A stretch of 63,999 bases of DNA, the filler included, from an uncultured bacterium (GTDB taxonomy: Bacteria; CAYJOG01): assembly GCA_964371695.1 (NCBI GenBank). It is 11 parts of 11 records of this genome, joined end to end, with 100 filler letters (N's around TTAATTAATTAA, not from the genome) between each part and the next. Parts side by side here need not be neighbours in the genome. Positions count along the whole stretch, not along the records: positions 1 to 5,826 come from CAYJOG010000199.1; positions 5,927 to 11,738 come from CAYJOG010000200.1; 9 more parts are not named here. One strand, written 5' to 3'. The position numbers and the translations under genes were made by a program. Of the stretch, positions 1-10,000 are shown piece by piece. The notes beneath the pieces are model-generated. The model did no database searches. It was not told where the DNA came from and saw only the letters and a list, made by a program, of their open reading frames with translations. Position 1 is the first letter of the stretch. Each line of letters starts with the position of its first letter.

Positions 1-594
1 CACCTGACGCGCCCGGGCCACCGGCAGGGTGTTCAACACCTCGCCCCGGTTCAGGGGCACGTCGGGAAACATCTGCTTGGCCATTTCCTGCTCCAGCAGG
101 GCCATTTTGGCGTCTTCCAGAAAAGCTTGTGTGTTGGCGAAACCGGAGCGTTTCACGAACTCTTCAAAATAAGCGTCGGGGTTGTCGGTGTTATAGGTTT
201 TTTCGATGCGCGCCTTCAGTGAGTCAATTTTTTTGAGCGCCATTTTCTGGATCTGCACATCGGCCATGGGGCCTTTCACCAACCCCTCCTCCCTGGCCCA
301 TTGTTTCAGCACCAGGTCTTTCACCAGACTGTCAAACGCCTGAAGACGCAGGTTGAACGTGTCGGTGCCACGCACCACGCCTTCAGAGCCCATCTTGGCC
401 AGCAGCAGGCGGTTTTGCGTGGCCATGAACTGGAGCTTGGTGATGGGCTCGTCCTTCACCATGGCCACCAGAAATTCTTCCGGCTCAGCCCGGTCTGACG
501 CCCGGCGCACCAGCAGGTATACGGTGGTGAAGGTCAACCCGAACAGGCTCAGCAGCAGAGCCAGAAAAGCGAGAGGTTTTTTGGGGCGAAACAT
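1..594 (-). CDS. SurA/PrsA-type foldase (SurA N-terminal domain, start of parvulin PPIase domain), 3' truncated by window
   Basis: Manual translation from ATG at 594 (absent from ORF track): MFRPKKPLAFLALLLSLFG signal anchor, VAMVKDEPITKLQF (SurA_N-like), ends ...VARARQV like the start of a rotamase domain. Confidence 0.65.
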   Translation of the reverse strand, partial: MFRPKKPLAFLALLLSLFGLTFTTVYLLVRRASDRAEPEEFLVAMVKDEPITKLQFMATQNRLLLAKMGSEGVVRGTDTFNLRLQAFDSLVKDLVLKQWAREEGLVKGPMADVQIQKMALKKIDSLKARIEKTYNTDNPDAYFEEFVKRSGFANTQAFLEDAKMALLEQEMAKQMFPDVPLNRGEVLNTLPVARARQV

Positions 595-685
595 AGGAGC
601 TATTTGTAATGGTAAGACCCACCGGGCCAATAAAAAAGGGCCAAGTCAGATAACCCGGCCCCTCCCCGAACACGCTGGCGAAAAA

Positions 686-3676
686 CTACTGGGGCGGAAT
701 CACCTCATAGTAGTTCATGAGCATGTTGCCGGAGTCAAACACGTAGTTGGTGTTGATGATGTCCGCCAGCACACTGCTGTCCTGCTGAATGATCATGTCC
801 GAAGCGATCTGGCTGTGGATTTTGCCGGTGAACACGTGGCCCTGAATATGCAGGTTGCGCTTCTGCACAAAGTCAGCAAAACCGCCGGTGAGGATGTCCA
901 GGCCATAGTTGATGAGACAGCTGGTGGCGTTCTCATAGGGGCCGATGCGCGATACGCCGTCTGCCGAAACCGGTGTGTCCAGATCATGGAACACACAGTC
1001 ATCGCGGCCCTGAAACGCCTGATTGCCGATGAACACACCGCGGGCGTTGCCGGTGGTTTCGTCGGTGTTGAAACCCAGGATGGTTTTGTATTCCTCGCCG
1101 ATTTCCTGTGTGCGAATGCGGCCCTCGGAGAACAGGTAACCCACCCGTTTGCCGTTGCCGTTCACGTCCTTCACCTGCACGTCAATGTCTTTGGAGCCTT
1201 CCAGAATGATGTTGCCGTCGTTCTGGTTGGCGGCCACACCATTGGCGGCGATGGTGCCGCCGTCGTCCAGTTGCAACCGTCCGTTGGCGATTTCAAACCC
1301 AAGACCGAAACTGAAGAAGCCCCCCAGCAGACTGTCCAGACTCAAAATGGCCATGATGGCCGTAAACGTCACAGAGCTGGCGGCTTTATAAGTAAAGCCT
1401 TTGCGCGTGTACATCAAACCACTGTTGGGAATACTGGCGTTGCCGCCAATGAGTTGCAGCGTCACGTCGTGCTCGGCCAGCGTGATGGTCAAAGAGCCGA
1501 AAATGGCCACCAGCACACCATAAATGATGTCGCTGAACAGACACAGACCCACCAGGGGAATACACAGGTCCGCGCAGCCGAAGAAAATACATTTGATGAT
1601 CTGCAGGATGAACGCCAAGATGTCAAAAGTGATTTTCAGGCCGCTGGAGCCTGCCTTCTGGATGAGATCGGTGGCGTAAATGGAGCCGCCCTCGACCGTG
1701 ATCTTGTCGCTCAGATGCAACTGGCCATTGATGAGCATCTCACCCTGAATCTTCACCCAGCCCACGTGCCAGTGGGGCATGCCGATGAGAATCTGCGGCA
1801 GAATGGTAAAGCCGAACAGCACCCAAGGGCCGATCACCAGACAGATGTCCCAGTTCAGGATGCCGAACAACCCGCCGCTGTTGGGGCCGCAGGAATGCCA
1901 GGGTGTGGGTTCACCCATGGCCACGTGGCCGTCTACAAAAAAGGCGTTGGCCGCGTTGCCGTTGTTGCTGTTGAAGAGATGCGAGCCGATGAACCCAAAC
2001 TTGGGATAATCCACCCAGGTGCCGATGCAGGCCCCCAGGTTGCTGAGGTTGCAGGTGCCCCCCAAAATGTTGTCAAAGTTCAGCCCCGTATAGACCCACA
2101 CCAGTTCCAGGTCCATGGACTGGTTGCGGTAATCAGGGCCTGATTTTTCCGAGACCCCGCTGGTGTTGGCCATCACGTCAAAGAAGGTGCCAGGATTCCA
2201 GGAGATGGCCTCGGCCTCGGACGCGCAGGTGCGGATGAACTTCCACGGGCCGTCGGCCCAGCGCCGGTTCACGCCGTGGGGCACAATGCTCACATAACTG
2301 GCGTCGGCGCAACTCCACGACCACCCGCCGCCGCTGTGCTCCAGGTCTGATTCTTCATCGTTGTACAACGAGGAACTGCCATAGAAATTGCGCCGACGGC
2401 TCAGCCACCTGTCTGGCGCGCCCGCGCCGCCCGCGTCGCCGCCATAGGCCCCCGCCGCCCCCACATAAAGCTGAATCAGACGGTCTTCGAATGTTTGCCA
2501 GCGCACACCGGGAATGGGGATTTTCACCGGCAAGTGTACAAACCTCACGTCGCAGGCGGGCGCCCCCAGCAGATCGCAGACAATGGTCTGCATGATAGCG
2601 GGCAGGTCGCTGCGGATGTCGTCGGGGTTGAGGGGATCTTCGGGGAAACTCACACTCACCACGCTGTCAAAGTCGGCCCACAGCGCCCCCACACCCAGGG
2701 AAATGCCTGCGTTGTAGGCAAAAAAGGCCGAGCAATCCTGCCTTGTGAGTTCCTGGTCGCAGATGCCGTTGACATGCAGCGGGCCGCGGATTTCCGCGTT
2801 CCACATCAGGGTGATGTCCACATATTTGTCAATCACGCCGGAGTACATCCAGGGGTTGGTGATGTCCACCGCCACGGCCCGGCGGTACACCTTGTCGCCG
2901 CGCTGCACTTCGCCCACCGTCACCACCTGCAACATGGGGGCGCTCTGGGGGCAAGGAGGGGTGACACAATCCTGCGGGTCGTTGCAGATATTAAAGAGCG
3001 CCATTTGTGCCCGACGCTTGATTTTGTTGCCCGCGCTGGTGCAGTCGTTGCCCGACTTGGTGCATGTGGCGTTAAGATCCCCCGCGTTGGGGGTTTCCAG
3101 ATTGAGCCACTGGTCCAGGCCGGAGGTGTTCATGGGCCCCCGCAGGTCTGCCGCGCCTGCCGTCACCGGCCAAATGGCCAGGGGTTTGAAACTGCCCGGA
3201 TAGGTATCGTCGTTGGGCACCAGCCCCAAGGGACCCTGAAACGGCGCAGGCGCCGTGACATTGAAGGGCAGGATTTTTTCGTCGTAGGCGTTGCAGACGG
3301 CGCTCACACCCGGCCCCGGACTGGTGACCCAGGCGCAACTGTGCAGGCTGCCCTTGGCGACGCTGGCGTCATTGGGGTTGGCCGCCGGGTCGGGGAAGGT
3401 ATATCCCTCATCTGGCGCCGCGTTGCCATTGTTGGTGAAGGGAAAACACATGTTGGCCGGGTTTTTGTAGCGGGCTGTCAACAGGGAGTTCAGGCCCGTC
3501 TCGGCCACATAAAGGGCTTCGAGCTGATCCTGTGAATCCATCACCAGTTGCATCTGGCTGCGGGCCACAATTGCGGCGGCAGATGCCGCCAGAGCCATGA
3601 CCGTGCCCGCGATGAGGGTGGGGGCGAGGGCAAACCCACCCAACCGGAGCCATTTTTTCTTGCGGGCAGACAACAT
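686..3676 (-). CDS. Very large PilX-like minor pilin with C-terminal beta-helix-like region
   Basis: Basic leader + GFALAPTL hydrophobic segment, ALYVAETGL (PilX_N-like); downstream of pilV/pilW-like genes; ATG at 3676 preferred over TTG 3715. Confidence 0.7.
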   Translation of the reverse strand: MLSARKKKWLRLGGFALAPTLIAGTVMALAASAAAIVARSQMQLVMDSQDQLEALYVAETGLNSLLTARYKNPANMCFPFTNNGNAAPDEGYTFPDPAANPNDASVAKGSLHSCAWVTSPGPGVSAVCNAYDEKILPFNVTAPAPFQGPLGLVPNDDTYPGSFKPLAIWPVTAGAADLRGPMNTSGLDQWLNLETPNAGDLNATCTKSGNDCTSAGNKIKRRAQMALFNICNDPQDCVTPPCPQSAPMLQVVTVGEVQRGDKVYRRAVAVDITNPWMYSGVIDKYVDITLMWNAEIRGPLHVNGICDQELTRQDCSAFFAYNAGISLGVGALWADFDSVVSVSFPEDPLNPDDIRSDLPAIMQTIVCDLLGAPACDVRFVHLPVKIPIPGVRWQTFEDRLIQLYVGAAGAYGGDAGGAGAPDRWLSRRRNFYGSSSLYNDEESDLEHSGGGWSWSCADASYVSIVPHGVNRRWADGPWKFIRTCASEAEAISWNPGTFFDVMANTSGVSEKSGPDYRNQSMDLELVWVYTGLNFDNILGGTCNLSNLGACIGTWVDYPKFGFIGSHLFNSNNGNAANAFFVDGHVAMGEPTPWHSCGPNSGGLFGILNWDICLVIGPWVLFGFTILPQILIGMPHWHVGWVKIQGEMLINGQLHLSDKITVEGGSIYATDLIQKAGSSGLKITFDILAFILQIIKCIFFGCADLCIPLVGLCLFSDIIYGVLVAIFGSLTITLAEHDVTLQLIGGNASIPNSGLMYTRKGFTYKAASSVTFTAIMAILSLDSLLGGFFSFGLGFEIANGRLQLDDGGTIAANGVAANQNDGNIILEGSKDIDVQVKDVNGNGKRVGYLFSEGRIRTQEIGEEYKTILGFNTDETTGNARGVFIGNQAFQGRDDCVFHDLDTPVSADGVSRIGPYENATSCLINYGLDILTGGFADFVQKRNLHIQGHVFTGKIHSQIASDMIIQQDSSVLADIINTNYVFDSGNMLMNYYEVIPPQ

Positions 3677-3851
3677 GCCTCTGGTGTTTACCCGCCCCAT
3701 AACCCGGCCTAACAAAAATTTCCAGAAAAATATTTTGGGCGGATTTTTTGGCCAGACCCGCCTGTATCCACCAAAAGCAAGGCTATTTCGTCGTTAAAAT
3801 GACTAAATCGCGCGAACATGGCCTCCTGAGCTGTCCGGATCGGTTCGGATG

Positions 3852-4814
3852 TCATTCACAACCCGTGGCCGGATTACCCACGTTGCCGTCGGCGTCACTG
3901 TCGATGCCAGAGATACACTCTTCGTCAATCACGGCGTTCGCGTCGTTGTCCAGACCATCGGGGGTGCAGTTGCAGGAACACAAGCGGCCCAGCACGTCAA
4001 AGGCGTCGGGACAGCCGTTTTGAGGGTCGTCCGTGCCCGCCGATGCCCCGGCGCAGGCGGTGAACTGCTCGTTGTCCATCACACCCCGCGTGTAAATGTC
4101 CCTCAATTTGAAGGAATAGGTGCGCCAGGATTTGGCCGCTGCCCCCTCCTTCACAGCCCATGCCCCGCCCGAATAAACCCGCCGCGCCGTGGAAAACGTC
4201 AGGCCCAGGGACCACAAGGCGATGGGTTCGTAGCCGCCGCAACGGCCCGTGAGCAGCGCCGTGGAGGCCACACAGGTCATGCGGTGGCTGTTGAGCGTGG
4301 TGCTGGGTTTGCAATATGAAAAGGCAAAATCCTGAATGGACGTGTCAGGCGTGTTCAAACGGGTGTAGGCGTAAGAAGAGGGCGGTGTCACCGCACAGGT
4401 GGGCGCCGTGCTGCTGGGAAAGGGGGCAATGTTGCTGGGAAACTGCACCCGGCCCAGATACCCCTGTCCGGCGGTGTCCTCGGCCACCGTGAAATAGCGG
4501 TAACACACGCCATCTTCGTTGCCGTCGCCGTCAATGTCCGACCCCTGTTTGACAAACCAGAGGCTGGTAGCGCTGCCACGGGGCGCAAGCGTGGGGCCAT
4601 AGTGGGCGCTGTTGAGGTCTTCCTGCAGCACGTCGGTGACGCCCACGCCCCCGCCTTGGGCAATGCTGGTGCCATAACTGCGCCGCGACAGGCGTATGGT
4701 GGTGGAAAGCGCTGTGTTCACCGCCACCATGAAAATGCCCACAATGGCCATGGCGATCAGCAGCTCCACCAGGGTGAAACCCGTTAACCCATTTGAGAAT
4801 CTCTTTTTGTTCAT
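3852..4814 (-). CDS. Prepilin-type N-terminal cleavage/methylation protein (PilW-like)
   Basis: GFTLVELLIAMAIVG class III signal peptide; Cys-rich body. Confidence 0.85.
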   Translation of the reverse strand: MNKKRFSNGLTGFTLVELLIAMAIVGIFMVAVNTALSTTIRLSRRSYGTSIAQGGGVGVTDVLQEDLNSAHYGPTLAPRGSATSLWFVKQGSDIDGDGNEDGVCYRYFTVAEDTAGQGYLGRVQFPSNIAPFPSSTAPTCAVTPPSSYAYTRLNTPDTSIQDFAFSYCKPSTTLNSHRMTCVASTALLTGRCGGYEPIALWSLGLTFSTARRVYSGGAWAVKEGAAAKSWRTYSFKLRDIYTRGVMDNEQFTACAGASAGTDDPQNGCPDAFDVLGRLCSCNCTPDGLDNDANAVIDEECISGIDSDADGNVGNPATGCE

Positions 4815-4823
4815 GTCCTCGCC

Positions 4824-5423
4824 CTAAAGCCCCAGCTTGCAGTCGTGGGTTTTTGAGCCGTTGAAGCTCACCACGCGATAGGTCTGCCCCCCGTGCAGGT
4901 TGGGGGTGCGATAACGCACGTCAATGCGATAAAAATATTCCCGCACGTCGCATTTGTTGGGCACCGCGCCATCGGGATAACAGGTGAAGGTGGCGGTGCA
5001 GCCTGCGATGTCGGGCATGGAGGTGAGTTGGGTCTGCACCAGACGCCACTGCATGTCATATTGCGTGGTGGCCGCCGCACCGGTGCAGGTGGCGGGGTTG
5101 GAGGGAGACTCCACCTGCTGGATAAAATCTTTCACGCCAAAGCTGTCTGACGCGCTGAAAAGCCGCCATGTATTGAACGTGCTGTTGGCCGTGATGGCCA
5201 GGGAACCATAAGAAAGCTGCTGAAAATATTCATTGAGCGCGGCGATGCAGAAACCCGACGTCTGTTCCCGCTTGGCAATGGTGTTCATGAGCATGGCGCT
5301 TTCCAGCAACAACATGGAACCCTGGAACATGATGGCGAAAATGGCCGTGGCGATAAGAATCTCCACCAGCAGGATGCCCCTCGCCACCCGCTTCAGCCCC
5401 AAACGCAATGCCAATTTTTTCAT
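4824..5423 (-). CDS. Prepilin-type protein (PilV-like)
   Basis: RGILLVEILIATAIF prepilin motif with E5; 9 nt upstream of pilW-like gene. Confidence 0.8.
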   Translation of the reverse strand: MKKLALRLGLKRVARGILLVEILIATAIFAIMFQGSMLLLESAMLMNTIAKREQTSGFCIAALNEYFQQLSYGSLAITANSTFNTWRLFSASDSFGVKDFIQQVESPSNPATCTGAAATTQYDMQWRLVQTQLTSMPDIAGCTATFTCYPDGAVPNKCDVREYFYRIDVRYRTPNLHGGQTYRVVSFNGSKTHDCKLGL

Positions 5424-5543
5424 GGGTCAAACTTCAGTTTATCGCAAGTTCCTGGATCAAATCCAGTCAACCTTCAAATTCATCTTTCCCTCTTCGTGAC
5501 CGTGAAAGACATCTTTTGTTCATCTGGTTCGCCGGTTTCATCC

Positions 5544-5632
5544 GTAATTGGCGCGGGAGGTCTTTTGGGGAGGCGGCAGCATATTGATGCTGCCGGGCGC
5601 GCCAAGCGGCGCGACAGCGCCGGGATGGGGGC
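5544..5632. repeat. Repeat family A (~88 nt, core hairpin GGCAGCAT-attg-ATGCTGCC), copy 1
   Basis: Near-identical to 33348-33426 and to the reverse complement of 63952-63999. Confidence 0.85.
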
Positions 5633-5826
5633 AATGGGTCAGCGATGTTCGCTGGAAGATAGGCCCTCCGTGGCGGCTGGTTCCAAGGCATCCCTCCGTG
5701 GATGCCCGCTCGGTGGGCCAGAGCATCAAAATGCTCTGGCATTGCCCCGCCTCGCCCGGCGGCGGGAACGGCCGCTATCGCCTTTGCTCGGCCAGATGCC
5801 CCAATGGGCATCTGGAATGACTCCTC

Positions 5827-5926
5827 NNNNNNNNNNNNNNNNNNNNNNNNNNNNNNNNNNNNNNNNNNNNTTAATTAATTAANNNNNNNNNNNNNNNNNN
5901 NNNNNNNNNNNNNNNNNNNNNNNNNN
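5827..5926. other. Artificial contig spacer (N-run + TTAATTAATTAA); also at 11739-11838, 17648-17747, 23555-23654, 29444-29543, 35319-35418, 41182-41281, 47016-47115, 52737-52836, 58427-58526
   Basis: Identical 100-nt spacers with six-frame stop linker; genes are truncated at them. Confidence 0.98.
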
Positions 5927-6128
5927 GCCTCCAGCATCCCGACTGAAAGAAGCCCCGCCCGCCCCAAAACTGGGGAGGATTTCCCGCCCAGGGGTTTTGG
6001 CAGGTATTTCAGGTAAAACGGACGCCGATGGGGTATTATTTCTGTTGGGTTAGTCCCACTTTTTATACAAATTCCCCAAGAAAGGAGGTGAAAAGCCGCC
6101 AAATTCAACCAATGAGGGGTAACAAATC

Positions 6129-7031
6129 ATGAACAAACTTTCCAAAATCGTTCTCTGGGGCGCTGCCGCTGCGGCAATTGCTGCAACCGGCGCCTATCTT
6201 GAAGCCGCCGCCCCCCGCGTGGCCACACTGGCCATGGCCAAAGGCACGGTGCAGGTGAAACAACCCGGCTCTACCGCCTGGGTCACCGCCTCCAAGTCCA
6301 TGCCGCTCTACGAAGGCACCGTTCTGAAAACCGGTGGTGGTTCTGCCGCCATCGTGCGTCTTGACGACGGCAGCATGACCAAAGTGGCTCCTTTGAGCGT
6401 GTTCAAGCTGGCCACCATGGCCTCTTCGGGCGCGACCAAAAACACCAAGGTCGGTCTGGACCTGGGCAAAACCTGGAATCGCGTGAACAAACTGCGCGAC
6501 GCCAGCGACTTCAAGATGGACACCCCCAGCGCGGTCGCCGGTATTCGCGGAACCTATTTCGGATCTGAGGTCAACCGCGGCGCCGACACGGACATGGACT
6601 TCTGGGAAGGTGAAGGTCTGGTCACCAGCAAATCCGATGGCTCCAGCACCACGGTCAAGGCCAACCAAGGCGTGAGCGTGGGCAACGGCAAGGGCGTGGG
6701 CGATGTTCGCGCCGCCCGTGAAACCGGCGAGGGCCTGAGCGCCGCCGAAAGCACCCGCCACCGGTTCGATCTCGACGTCAAAGTGACGCCCGAAATCGTG
6801 CGCCGTGGCGAAGTGGCCAAGGTGAAAGTGCAACTGTTGCGCGATGGCGAAGCCTATCCGGGCCGCGCCACGTTCAAGGTGACCCTGGGTGGCGGAGGCA
6901 AGTTCACTGAGAACGACGCCAATTCCATCGAGGTTCAGAGCAACGACAGCGGTTTTGCCGAACTGGACATCACCAGCGAGAACGAAGAAAAAGTCTCGGT
7001 AGACATCGAAGTCAGTCTGTCCGTACAATAA
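6129..7031 (+). CDS. FecR domain protein with C-terminal Ig-like domain
   Basis: N-terminal anchor; G.VQVK..., LKTG..S.A.V.L.DGS, TPSAVAGIRGT FecR motifs; RBS GAGGGG. Confidence 0.85.
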   Translation: MNKLSKIVLWGAAAAAIAATGAYLEAAAPRVATLAMAKGTVQVKQPGSTAWVTASKSMPLYEGTVLKTGGGSAAIVRLDDGSMTKVAPLSVFKLATMASSGATKNTKVGLDLGKTWNRVNKLRDASDFKMDTPSAVAGIRGTYFGSEVNRGADTDMDFWEGEGLVTSKSDGSSTTVKANQGVSVGNGKGVGDVRAARETGEGLSAAESTRHRFDLDVKVTPEIVRRGEVAKVKVQLLRDGEAYPGRATFKVTLGGGGKFTENDANSIEVQSNDSGFAELDITSENEEKVSVDIEVSLSVQ

Positions 7032-7067
7032 TAATCCCCCTCCGGCCCCACGCCATGGCGCGGTTCG

Positions 7068-10000
7068 ATGAAACAGGTTTCAAACACCCATTTTCCCGGC
7101 CTGCTGCGGCTGTTGTGGCTTGTCTGTCTTTTACTGTGTATGTTGGGCGTGAATTCGTCCACGCTGGCGGCTGAAAACCTCGTTCAAGGGACTTCTTTAA
7201 CGGACAACACCCGGCGCCCCGCCTCTGGCGGGGCGCTTTTTGTTTCTCACTTTCATGGCCTGGTGGCTGTCGCGCAAAACGGCGCCAGCCCCAGCATTCT
7301 GGTGCCCAAAGAAGGCGTGGAACTGGAACTGCCCAAAGGGGCCGTGCAGATGTTCCAGGTCACTTTTTCCGATTCCGCCCTCATCCGCTTCATGCCCAAG
7401 AGCACCAGCACGGTTTCGGGCGACATCGTGCTGAAAGGCAATAGCGATCATCTGGACTTCAAGGATCGCCTGGAAATCGAGTTTCATCCCAAGTTCATGT
7501 CGGTGATCAGCGCCTATTACGACCCCTTCACCAACACCGTGCATCTTGTGGCAGGCGGCGAAGTGGTGGCCATCTTCACCGACTTCACCAACATGGTGGA
7601 AGGCGAGCCGGTGGTGGCGCTTCAGGAGGGCCGGGCCGTTCTGAACTACCCGGAAGCCTTCAGCGTGATATTCATGGATTACCCGCCACTGGCCCCCAGC
7701 GACATGGTGATGACCGAAGACGGCATGGTGAAACTGAACTTTCAGGTGGCGGTGCAGTTCGGCGAAAAAACAGACGTGGTGGTAGAGGGCGGGCCGGTGC
7801 TCACCGAAGCCGAAACCCTGCCCGATGGCACCATCAAGCTCAGCTTCGGCAGCACCGTGAGTTTTGGCGGCGAAAAAGCTGTGGTCACCGACACCGCCAT
7901 CACGAGCGAAACCGAATCACTGGGCGGCGAACTGAAGCTGAACTTTTCCAACGAAGTGCATTTCACCGGCGACAGCCAGCAAGCCGTTGCCACTGACACC
8001 GGCTCGTCTTTTGGCGGGGAAGAAGCACTGGAGGGCGGCACGCTCACCTTCAACTTTTCTTCTGCCGTGGGGTTTGAAAAAAACGAAGCGGCCGAGCCGA
8101 AGGCCCCCAACGTCAACGCCGTGGCGGTGCTGGGCAGCGGGGCCACGCCCGGCGGCACGGTGGGCATCAACGACGACAACCTCAAAGAAGGCAACATCGA
8201 AATCACCGGCGAAACCACCACACTCAACAGCGTGATTGATTCGGCGGAGGTTTCCATTGACGGCGGCGTGAGCTGGAAAACCGCCGACGGCAAAGAGGCT
8301 TTCACCTACGAGTTCAAGGCCCCGGAAGACAAAAAAAGCTACAACGTGCGGGTGCGCAGCACCAACGAGGCGGGACAGGTGTCGGGGCAGTTTTCCTTTA
8401 CGCTGAACTTCGACCCCGGCGCAAAAGCCCAGCCGCCAGCCGTGGCGGATCTGGACGTGAACGGCACGGGTGTGAACAGTGGCGGCAGTGTTTCTTTTGA
8501 TGACGGCGATTTGATAGACGAAGCGCTCATCATCACGGGCAACGCCATCGCCAACTTCAGCCCGGTGGATAAAGTGGAAGTCTCCACCGACGGCGGCAGT
8601 TACAAAACCGCAAACGGCACCGACAACTTCAGTTACAACGTCAAACCTTCGTCGGACAAACAGACCATCAAGGTGTCGGTGCGGGCCAAAAACGAGGCAG
8701 GCCAGACCAGCACCGTGGTGAGCTTCACCATTCACTATGAAAAAGCCCCCGAACCCGAAGCCCAGCCGCCGGAAATCGCTGGTGTCACCGTGGCGGGCAA
8801 AGACGTGGCAAGCGGCGAAACCGTCACCCTCACCGCCGAGGACGCCGCCAACGGCCTGATTGCCCTGGAGGGCACGGCGGACACCGAAAACAGCACCATC
8901 AGCAAGGTGGAGATTTCCACCAACGGCGGCAGCACCTACAACAGCGCGGGCGGGTCCAGCAACTGGTCCTACAACTTCACGGCGTCCAGCGCGGGCGGCA
9001 CCTATTCCGTCAAGGTCAAGGCCACCAACGCCAAAAGCCAGGCCACCACTTATTCTTTTACCGTGGTGTATGAAGGCGCGTTGCCCCCCGTGGTGACCGC
9101 CGCCCAGGTGGGCGACACCGGGGCCAACGAAGGGGCCACCATCACCATCGGCTCAAACGTGCTGGAAGACGGGAAAATCGTGATCACCGGCACGGCCGAA
9201 GCCCAGACCGGCACCATCACCAAGGTGGAGGTCTCCACCAACAACGGGGCTTCGTTCGTGACGGCCGATGGTGAAGAGAACTGGTCTTACGCCCTTACCG
9301 CCCCCGCCAGCAAAACCACCTACAACGTGCAGGTGAAAACCACCGACAGCGGCGCGCGCGCCTCGGCGGTGTACAAGTTCACACTGGTATACGATCCCAC
9401 CGCCGCCGCCCAGCCGCCGGAGTTCACCGGCGTGACGGTGAATGACGTGACGGTGGACACCGGGGCCGACGCCGACGTGGCGGGGGCGGACATTGACGGG
9501 GCCAGCATTCCTTTGGCAGGCACCGTTTCCACCGAGGGCAGCACGGTGACCAAGGTGGAGGTGAGCACCAACAACGGCACGTCCTATGCCACCGCCACGG
9601 GCACCGACGAGTGGACCTATAACCTCACCAAACCCGCCGCCGACACCACCTATAACATGAAGCTGCGGGCCACCAACGCAGGAGGCCAAACCAGCACCTT
9701 CACCTTTCGCCTCGTTTATACCGCTCCCGCTGTGGCCCAGGCCCCGGAGTTCACCGAGGTCACCGTGAACGACGTGGCGGTGGATGAAGGCGGCGACGCC
9801 GAGGCGGTGGGCACAGAAATTGACGGAACCACCATTCCCCTGGCGGGCGCGGCCACCACCGAAAACAGCACCCTCACCAAAATTGAAATCAGCACCAACA
9901 ACGGCACGTCCTATGTCACCGTCACGGGCACCGACGACTGGACCTACAACCTCACCAAACCCGCTACGGACACCACCTATAACATGAAGGTGCGCGCCAC

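Noticed and set aside
6078-6095. Perfect AAAGGAGGTGA Shine-Dalgarno upstream of the FecR gene
   Set aside because: No start codon at usable spacing and FecR has its own GAGGGG; no leader peptide or rRNA context can be supported
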